In this document: in pieces, positions 55,359-64,000 of the stretch
Layout of the letters: each line of letters starts with the position of its first letter
Position numbering within the stretch: the first letter of the stretch is position 1
The notes under the pieces: model-generated
Databases searched by the model: none
Seen by the model: only the letters and a program-made list of their open reading frames with translations
What the model was told of the DNA's origin: nothing
Program-made: the position numbers and the translations under genes
Source of the DNA: an uncultured Chloroflexia bacterium
Lineage (GTDB): Bacteria > Chloroflexota > Anaerolineae > Anaerolineales > UBA4823
Assembly: GCA_963726375.1 (NCBI GenBank)
Contig: CAVSCE010000010.1
Location: 30,351 to 94,350, forward strand
Length of the DNA: 64,000 nt
Reading direction: 5' to 3'

Positions 55359-57288
55359 CTATTGATTACTTATAAACCTCGCCAGCGCGAGCAGCGGGAA
55401 ATAAATCCGGTAAAGATCGTAGCGCAGGTAAAAAACGCGCGGGAAACCCGTCCCGGTGTATTCCGGCTCGATCCAGTTCCCGTCCGCGGTCTGTGTGTCC
55501 AGCAGGTAGCGCACCCCGGCCTGGACCCTCGGATCAGCCGCCTCACCCGCCGCGATCAGCCCCTGCAGCACCCAGGCAGTCTGCGAGGCGGTGCTATTCC
55601 CCTGCCCGCGCAGGCCAGGATCGATATACGTCATGCAGCTCTCGCCCCAGCCGCCGTCCGGATTTTGGCGGCCGAGCAGCCACTCCACCGCCCTGCGGAT
55701 ATACGCCTGGCCCATATCCTCCCCGGCTGCCCTCAGACCGCTCAGCGCCAGACCGGTGCCGTACAGATAGTTGACCCCCCAGCGTCCGTACCATGCCCCG
55801 TCGGCTTCCTGGGTCTGCTTCAAATAAGCCACCCCTCGCCGGCGGCTCTCCTCGCCCTGGTTGATCTCCGCCAGGAACTCCAGCGCGTGGGCGCTCACGT
55901 CGGCGCAGGTCGGGTCCAGCGGGGACATGAAATCCGCGAACGGTGTGTGGCTCAGAGCCTTGTGATCGTTGTCCCTGTCGAACGCGCCCCAGCCGCCGTC
56001 TTTGGACTGCATCCGCACCACCCAGCTGAGCGCCCGTTTCACCGCCGCCGACCGCTTCAGCACCTCCTCTCCGCTCAGATCGACCCGCAGCAAGGCGCGC
56101 GGCACCAGCGCGCTGTCGTCCAGGTCAGGGTACCAGTCGTTGACGAACTCGAACGACCACCCGCCCGGCTCGCCTCCCGGATCCTTCACCTTCCAATCGC
56201 CTTTCAGCCGGATTTCCTTCTCGAGCAGCCAGCCAGCCGCCCGGACCAGCTGCTTCTGCCCGGCAGGGATCCCCGATTCGCGCAGCGCCAGCGCTGCCCA
56301 GGCGGTATCCCAGACCGGCGATGTGGCCGGCATGAACCGCAGCGTCTGCTCGTCCTCGATCAGGAAATCTTCGAAACCCTCGATCCCTCTTGCAAGTACC
56401 GGGTGCTCGAGCGGGTAATCCAGGCTCCTGAGCGCAATCAGCGAATAGATCCATGGCAGCAGGATCCCTCCCCAGCTTCCGTCGGATCTCCTGGTGCTGG
56501 ACGATCCAGGCCTCCACCATCCGCAGCGCCTTTTCACGCCTTGGAGCCGTCTCGAGCCTGTCCCAACGCTTAAAACCGGTCCACGATCTGAAAGACGCCC
56601 CGCCAGGAGAACGGATTGCGGACCGCAGGAAGTTTGTAGCGCTTCGGACCGGACGGCTCCAGGTACAGCTCCTCCACCCGCGCCCTTCCGGTACCTTGCA
56701 GACCGGCTTCCGCGTCAGCACCACCGTAAGCGCCATCAGCGTCTCGCGTGACCAGCTCGCAAATTCGTAGATGTTGAAGTAGAAGTCGATCGGCAGGAAG
56801 ATGATCTCCGGTGGGGCGGATGGCGCCCCGCGGTAATCATACTGGCCGAAAACCGCCAGCCAGATCTTCGTGAACACCTTGGACTTCGTGATCCCGCCCT
56901 GGGAGCGGATGAACTCGCACGCCCGCTCCATGCGCCTCTCGTCCCTCGGGAGCCCGCCCAGCTTCAGGCCGAAATAGCACTGGATGCTTACATCCAGGTC
57001 GCCCGGACCGCCGAAATAAGTCGGCCACGAGCCGTCCGGATTTTGCTTGCTCAGCACATAGGCGATCGCCTTGCGCTGCCGCTCGGGCTCTACCCAGCCA
57101 AACAGGTAGTACATCAGCGGGATGTACCCCGCCGTGACGCTCGCGTCTGCCTCCAGCTCGCCCAGCCAGAAGCCCTCCGGGTTCTGGCGCTCCAGCAGGG
57201 CCGCCTGCGCCCGGCGGATCGCCTGTGCAACTCGTTCGTATTGGCTCATGTCGTCCGCTTCGAGCTGTGCCAAATTCATGGGGAGCAT
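55359..57288 (-). CDS. shc: Squalene-hopene cyclase (frameshifted near 56480-56670)
   Basis: QW repeats (QNPEGFW, QNPDGSW, QSKDGGW, QEADGAW, QTADGNW), SPVWDTA, YPDLDDSA (DxDD), GRWGVNYLYGT, TGTGFP..FYLRY. Confidence 0.93.
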
Positions 57289-57398
57289 CCTTTTCGTAAA
57301 GCGGCGGGGGTAATTCAGCTATTATAATTTATGGATAAGATTTGTAAAGAATTCTCGCTGAGGTTAAGAGGATAGTTCGGCCATACTTTCAATAAGGG

Positions 57399-58160
57399 GT
57401 CATTGCGAGCAGCTCCACAGCGCTGCAAGCATTTCAATCACCTGCGCCATCGCGGCCTGACCCAGCGCACCGCGCACCTCACCCACGAAGAACCTTGTCA
57501 TTGCGAAGCGGCGTTCCTTGCCGCTGAAGCAATCTAAGCCCAGGCCGGTCGGGATTTGCGCCGCCACATGCGCCATCGCGAGTTTGACAGTCCACCGGAC
57601 CTATCCACAAGATCCTTGTCATTGCGAAGCGGCGTTCCTTGCCGCTGAACCTGTCCACAGGACGTATCTCTGTGGAGCAATGAAAGCCCAAGCCGGTCGA
57701 GGTTTGCTTCGTGCACATGCACATAGCGAGCCTGACCACAGCGCACCGCGCACCTCATCCACGAAGATCCTTGTCATTGCGAAGCGGCGTACCTTGCCGC
57801 TGAAGCAATCTAAGCCCAAGCCGGTCGAGGTTTGCTTCGTGCACATGCGCCATCGCGAGCCTGACCGCAGCCCACCGCGCACCTCACCCACGAAGAACCT
57901 TGTCATTGCGAAGCGGCGTTCCTTGCCGCTGATAGCAATCTAAGCCCAAGCCGGTCGGGATTTGCTTCGTGCACCTGCGCCATCGTGAGTCTGACCACAG
58001 CGCACCACGCACCTCACCCACGAAGAACCTTGTCATTGCGAAGCGGCGTTCCTTGCCGCTGAACCTGTCCACCTGTCATCGTTCTTCGAGGACCTATCTG
58101 CCTGTCCACGTTCTCTGTGGAGCAATCTCAGCCCAGGCCGGTCAGGGGTTTGCTTCGTTT
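57399..58160 (+). repeat. Tandem array of about six ~129 bp palindrome-containing units
   Basis: GTCATTGCGA starts at 57399, 57497, 57618, 57773, 57902 and 58032; core GTCATTGCGAAGCGGCGTTCCTTGCCGCTGAAGCAATCT. Confidence 0.9.
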
Positions 58161-58204
58161 TCGTGCGCTGTGCAAAAATAGCCTGATGTATAATCAAATC
58201 AAGT

Positions 58205-58690
58205 ATGCCGGCCCCACTTCTCCTCACCAAGCTCTATATCCCCCCGCCTCGTCCAGAGCTTGTCCCCCGCCCGCGCCTGATCGAGCGCCTGAACGCGGGC
58301 CTGGACCGCAGAGCTTTCGATCATCTCAGCCCCCGCCGGCTACGGCAAGACCACCCTGCTCAGCGAATGGATTTCCTCCCTAACTCTTCCCCTCTCCCAC
58401 CGGGAGAGGGGTCAGGGGTGAGGGCAGGGAGGCCCTGGCTTTCGCTGGACGAATCGGACAGCGACCTGGTGCGTTTCACCACATATCTGATCGCGGCGTT
58501 ACAGACAATAGAGGCGACACTTGGCGCAGGAGTGATGGCCGCCCTCCAGATCCCCTTCGGCCCGGCCCTCCGCCAAATCGATCCTGACCGCGCTGCTCAA
58601 CGAGATTTCTGCCGTCCCAGAGCGCCTTATCCTGGTCCTGGATGACTACCACTCGCTCAATTCCCAACCGGTGGATCAGGCCCGCGCTAG
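58205..58690 (+). pseudogene. Truncated MalT-like (LAL) regulator, N-terminal ATPase part only
   Basis: LLLTKLYIPPPR..LVPRPRL, ISAPAGYGKTTLLSEW, WLSLDESD, LVLDDYH, then a stop against a convergent gene; in-frame REP-like insert at 58387-58425. Confidence 0.8.
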
Positions 58691-58704
58691 ACCATCCAGG
58701 GATG

Positions 58705-61700
58705 CTATTTCCTCACCAGCGGTAGATAAAGAAAAGTCTGCGGCAGACCGCCCAGCACGGCGAAGCGACTGAGGTGGTACAGGCTGATGGTGAGCGTGTG
58801 ACCGACAGTGTCCAGCGTGGCGCCTTGAGCCTGCCAGCGGCTCATCGGCCTCGTTCCAGACGTACAGGTCCAGCGTCGCTTCGTCCAAACCGTTCAGGTC
58901 GTCGCTGGAGTAGTGGATCACCAGCGTAAAGGGGTGGGCGAAACTCGTCACCAGGTTGCCGGAGCCATCCCGGGCGACCAATGAAAACGGCACGCCCGCC
59001 AGGCCTAGGCCACCCGTCAAGTTGTCCGGTGCGTCGGGCGTCCAGTACAGTGTAAGCGGCGCACTGACCGCCCAGCGGGGAAGGTGGTGGTGGTGGTTAA
59101 CGCGTGCTGGCGATCACTGACAACACGCCGCCCGCCGCGGGGGTGAGCGGAGCGCTCAGCCAGGTGTTGACCAGGCGAATACGCTGATTATTCATATCAG
59201 CCACGAACAGGCGACGCGGCCGGTCGATTGCGACCCCCACGGGATAGCTAAATTGGGCTTGCAGCCCATCCTGAAAGCCTGCTACATTGCCGGTTACGGT
59301 AGTGACCAGCCCCTGGGGAGTGATGCGCCGCAGACGATGGTTGCTCTGGTCGGCCACCCACAGCACCCCCTGGGTGTTCGCGGCCAGCCCCCGGACGGCA
59401 TCACGAAAGAGGCTGCGTTACCCCAACCATCCTGGCTGCCCGCCTGCCCTGAACCGGCCAGAAGGCTAGAGGACCCCGGCGGCGGTCATCTGGCGGATTT
59501 TCTGCGAGGCTTCGGCGATATACAGGGTGGTCCCGTCAGGCCCAACGCCAGGGCGCGCGGTTCCTGGAAATAGGTGGAATTGTTGGGCCAGGTGCTGACC
59601 ACCCCGTCGGGGGTGATCTTGCGGATGCGACCGTTCATCGTATCGGCCACGTAAACGTTCCCCCCGGCGTCTACCACCAGCCCCAGCGGGTACATGAATT
59701 TCGCCGTCGCGCCGGCGCCGTCCACCCACCCGGGCGTTCCGCTTGCCCGCCAGGGTCGTGACCGCCCCGGCGGGGGTGATCTTGCGGATGGCGTTGTTGT
59801 CGGTATCGGCGACATAGACGTTGCCCGATGTATCCGTGGCGATGCCATGCGGGTTAGCGAAACGGGCTGCTGTACCGTTGCCATTCTGGAAACCCCAGAC
59901 AGAGCCGGCTAAAGTGGTCACCGCGCCGGCGCCATCGATCTTGCGGATGCGCTGGTTGACGCTATCCACGACGAACAGGTTGCCGGAGCTATCCAGCGCC
60001 ACGCCGGACGGGTTATTGAAAACTCCATCCAGCGCCGGCCCGTTGTCGGCGCCCGGCACGCCCGTCCCGGCGTAGGTAGTCACCGGCAGCGCTCCCGGCG
60101 TCGGGATCGGCTCGAAGTGCGGGGTGAGACAAATGTTGCTGTTCAGCACCAAGACCAGCGGGTTCTGGCTGCCGCTGATATATCTCCGCTCCAGCTGACG
60201 AAGCGGTAACCGGGGTCGGGGGACAGGGGTTAGGCGTAGCTGCGTGCCCATCGGGTAGGGCGGGCTGAAAAGGCCGCCGGCGTACACATCCACGTAACCG
60301 CCGGTGACGGGCGAGATCTGCGGGATATAGAGCGTATCGGAGCGGCGGGCGGCTAGCTGCACCACGGACGAGGCGGCGCTCTCGTGCCCGGCGGCGTCCA
60401 GGGCGGTGACCTGCCAGGCGTACAGGTGGTCCAACGTGACGGTATCGGTATAGACGTACCCGGTGACTGTTCCGGGGCTGCGGAGCGTGAAGGCCAGTCC
60501 GGGCTCGGCACGCCGGCGCGGTAACCCGTCACATCGGCTTCGGCGGGCGGGTCCCATTCCAAAGTCACGGTTTCTTGCTCCATCCAGGCGGTCAGCCCGG
60601 CAGGAGCGGTGGGGGCTGCATCAGGTGGGGGTAACCGGACCCGCTGTAGCGGGCGTTCCATCCGCCAGGTTGCTGCCCACCGGAACCAGGCGGTACCGGT
60701 AGGCGCTGCTGTTGGTGACGCTCCGGTCCACGAAACCGGAGCGGTTGATCCATGCCAGCGTGGCAAACTCACCTGCAGACCCGGGAGCACGCTCCAGCCG
60801 CCAGGCCCAGCGCAGACGGGTCTTCATCCACGAAGCTGATCACGACCTTTCCATCGCCGGGGGCGGCGGCAAACGAGACCGGCGCCGCAGCCGTTCCGGG
60901 CAGCAGCGGCGGGGCAGCCAGCACTGCGGCGGTCTGGGAGCTGGCATTCCCGGCGGCATCACCAGCTCTACCCGGTACCAGTGGGGGACGGCGCCGGGGT
61001 GCGTATCCAGGAAGACCGGCTGGGTGAGCAAGGTGGTGGGTGATCAGCTGCGAGGGGCTGGTCTCAGTCGTGCTGGTGTAGACGCGATAGCCAGCCAGGT
61101 CACCTTCCTGGTTAGGCTGCCAGCCGAGCAAGACTTTGCCCGTGGCTGCGATGGCGCGCAGCCCGAAAGGCGTTTCGGGGGCAGCACTGGCAGAAAAAGT
61201 GAGGTCGAGCGTGCGCCGATCGCCCGTATTGATCTGGACAGCGGCGCGCAGCCGGTTGCTGCCCTGATTCAGCAGGTTTTGCGGCGCAACGGCGTAGGTG
61301 GTCTGGCTTACGCCGGGGAGCAGCCCGTTGGTGAACAACCGCCCGTTCAGCCGCCCTTGCAGGCTGCCGGGCAGGATCGTATTGGTGGAGGTGTAGTACA
61401 GGCTCACCGTGGGGGTCTGGGTGGTCAGGACGGTGCCCTGGCTCAGGTTAGTGGTCAGCTCGAAGGGCAACCCCAGGCCAGCGGGACAGGCTGGCGGGGG
61501 TGGGATAGCCGGTGGAGTCGGCGGAGATATCGCCCTGCGTACCGCCGGGGAGCAACATGCTCTGCCCGGCGTCGTCGGTGATGCGGGCAGCCGCCTGCCC
61601 CAGGTTTCGACGTGCAGGACACTGGCGCTGTCGACGGTGAATACCAGCTGGCTGTTGGTCAGGGCGCTATCGCCCGTCGCCAACGGCGAATTCGCCTGGC

Positions 61701-63063
61701 GCAGCATGCCCCCGGGTGACAAGAAATGATCGATGATCGGATCAACGAACAGCTTGCGCACGCCGCCGCCGACCCGCACGTAGCCCAAGACCCAGGCCCA
61801 CGGACCCCACGCATAAGCAGATGGCGGCACTTTCCACCACCAGGCGTCCGGTACGAGCACTTTATTCACCATCCAGATCACCCCCCGACAGGGCGCCTCG
61901 CCTCCCTCGAACTCGGTAATGTGCTCGCTGCCTTGCAGTCCCTGTTCGGCGGTAATATTCACGCCGTCCGAAAAGGCAACCCGGATGAAGGGTTTATAAC
62001 CGCTGGTCCAATCGGAGGGCGTTGAGGCGGATAAAAAGCTGCCCACGGGCAGAATATCCCCCACGGTGACATCACTGGTGGTGGTGCCAATTCGTTTGAC
62101 CACCTTACCCGACACACCGATCACCTTGGCAAAATAAGCCTGTTTCAAGACCGGCGGCGTATCAATCATCCACCGAGCTGGCCTTGAGCATGCCCTGGAT
62201 GGAGGCTCTGCCCGTCGCCCAATGGGCTCGCGCTTGCTTAGGCACTACCATGAAGTTGGCGCTGCCCGGACTCGTCCGTATAGGCGCTGGAAGGAGTAGA
62301 CGTCGAAGGTATCCAATTCCAGCGGTGCCCGGCTTGTTGCCAGCGGAGTCGCCAGGACGGCGGATGAGGTTCGCTTGCAGCAGGCCGCCGTCGATATCGC
62401 CTATCTCTTATGAAGGCGCTCTGGTGCAAATACAGGAACAGGTTCATGCTATCAGAATGAGTAACCGACTGTTGTCCCAAATAGGGATCGAGAATAGGTA
62501 TCCTCGACGCTGGGGCTGAGGTACACGTCCAACAGGCCATAGTCGATCCCGCGGCTCATATCGTAATTGGGCACTACATCCAGGTCCACCGTGGCTTCAG
62601 CGTATGCGTTCTCATCCGAATTCGAGATGGTAAATGGGACGCTGGGCAGGTCGCTGTGGCCCGTGCCGCTGACGCTGGAAAAGGTGGTATCACGGCTAAT
62701 GAAATTATCCGGATATCCGCCGATGTAAGAGGCGCTGATGCTGATCGCGATCACACCCCGGCCGCGCCAATCGATGTACTTCGTGCAAGGCCCGTAACAC
62801 GTCCCTTGACCCAGGAACGTGCCATCCTTACCCTGCAAGCTGACCTGGTAGATCCAACTGTTGTGGGAGATGGTGATGAGCGGGGAATCGTCCACGGCGG
62901 CGGGGGTGGATGGATCCGAAGCTGTGGGTGAGGATGAGGGCGAAGAGCGAGAGGCGCCAGAATCCAGTGTCGGCGTTTACCGGCTGGACGGTACCTATAA
63001 TGAGGCGCTGATGACGATAAGGAGCGAGCTGAGGAAGTGGAGACGTGCGTCCGAGGTGTCCAT
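58705..63063 (-). CDS. Large secreted protein with FN3-like domains, NHL repeats and a C-terminal beta domain with HLSRFAVL and YLP motifs (many frameshifts)
   Basis: Signal-like start MDTSDARLHFLSSLLIVISA; APETPFGLRA..W.PN.E.DLAGYRVY; F.NP.G.A.D..GN.YVAD..N..IRKI repeats; corrected end HLSRFAVLGGLPQTFLYLPLVRK. Confidence 0.7.
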
Positions 63064-63224
63064 AGAGTGTCCCATGTGTCTTGCCCACAATCCGGATATT
63101 GATTTGTAACGGGATGGAAGCTGCGATGGATATTAATTGCTAATCTAAATGTCTAGGAAAGCACCAGAAGGCTCATTTGGCCAATGTGTGTGTTTGTCCT
63201 AGAATTGATGGGAAAATTTCTCAA

Positions 63225-63570
63225 ATGAGTAGGACTGAACACAACTTCTGGCTCGATGTGGCTATCTTTGTGGCCCTTCTGATAACAACCATAACAGGCA
63301 TTGTTTTATGGCTCGTAATCCCCCACAAATTGGATATTGTCTTTCTAGGGTTCTCCCGCAGTGTGTGGGTAGCTGCTCATATCTATTCGGGGGTGGTGGG
63401 TCATGCCGGTATTGTTATGCACATTGTCAGGAACTGGGGTTGGCTCGAGGCTTTACGTGGACGCTTTCTCAAAGGGATGCCGGGAAAGCTGCGCTTCCAA
63501 CTCGCGTTGTAGATAAAATCATGTGGATTTCCTTTATCACGACCAACGTATTCGGTGAGATAGTATAGTC
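63225..63570 (+). CDS. DUF4405-like membrane protein (degraded or frameshifted)
   Basis: NFWLD...ITGIVLW, WVAAHIYSG, MHIVRNWGW. Confidence 0.55.
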
Positions 63571-63872
63571 GTTCCACTTTGGTGATGACGCCTATCTTGA
63601 TGTTGCTGACCAGGATACCAGGTGATAAAAAAAGTACTGCGCCAATGTAAAGGCCTTCCCCTCTGGAAGATTGAAAAAGCTCATCGAGCACGTAGATTAG
63701 CACACACCATAATCGGTTCACTATAGCTTCACAGCTCAATCTATTGGTTCTGGCGGTATGGCTAATCGCTAAAGGATTCCGTCAAACCGAATTATTTGAG
63801 CAGCTTTCCCATTAATGGATAGACCAAAGCATCCAAACGCGATATTTGGGTGTGTGCCGTCTGAATTACCGT

Positions 63873-64000
63873 ATGCCAGGCCCCACTACCTCCTCACCAA
63901 GCTCTATATCCCCCCGCCTCGTCCAGAGCTTGTCCCCCGCCCGCGCCTGATCGAGCGCCTGAACGTGGGCCTGCACCGCAAGCTTTCCATCATCTCGGCC
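63873..64000 (+). CDS. Second MalT-like regulator 5' end (runs off the window)
   Basis: LLTKLYIPPPRPELVPRPRLIERLNVGLHRKLSIISA; 76 nt identical to 58220-58295. Confidence 0.8.

Noticed and set aside
3834-56573. Long antisense ORFs such as 3834..4865, 35337..36290, 38704..39975 and 55362..56573
   Set aside because: Shadow ORFs opposite well-supported genes in high-GC sequence, with no recognisable motifs.
57399-58160. CRISPR array
   Set aside because: The sequence between the conserved cores is itself repeated rather than unique, the period is about 129 bp, and there are no cas genes in the window.
1-64000. tRNA, rRNA, prophage or known defence operons
   Set aside because: No such signatures were recognised by eye. 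A covariance-model search was not possible, so small RNAs could have been missed.

Overview
A 64 kb, mostly GC-rich bacterial window. Gene content and a recurring terminal [YF]LP[VLA][VI] motif on secreted proteins suggest Chloroflexota, probably Anaerolineae (inference). Many recognisable genes are split by single-base frameshifts, most likely long-read consensus errors, so genes were reassembled across frames by eye and some boundaries are approximate. Content in order: a branched-chain amino acid ABC operon; a KAS III-like enzyme; two giant paralogous repeat-rich secreted proteins (one with an M4 protease and TSP3 repeats); a sulfatase with a truncated paralog and an IS1380-like remnant; msrPQ; abfD; four tandem divergent small secreted Cys-framework paralogs; glk; a cyclase-STAND-TPR protein; a LamG surface protein; a DEAD-box helicase; pepF; a LysR-centred divergent cluster (about 12-heme cytochrome, four-domain rhodanese lipoprotein, about 8-heme cytochrome, NrfC-like and NrfD-like subunits, no molybdoenzyme); an orphan solute-binding protein fusion; squalene synthase plus squalene-hopene cyclase; a ~129 bp tandem palindromic array; and an NHL/FN3 surface protein lying between two copies of a MalT-like 5' end. 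Best candidates for new biology: (1) a putative Mo-independent sulfur or selenium redox module; (2) a YLP-tag surface display system, in two proteins preceded by a GPS/GAIN-like HLSxF motif; (3) the hypervariable paralog array; (4) heptamer tracts oriented with transcription and abutting stop codons. No rRNA, tRNA or CRISPR array was found.
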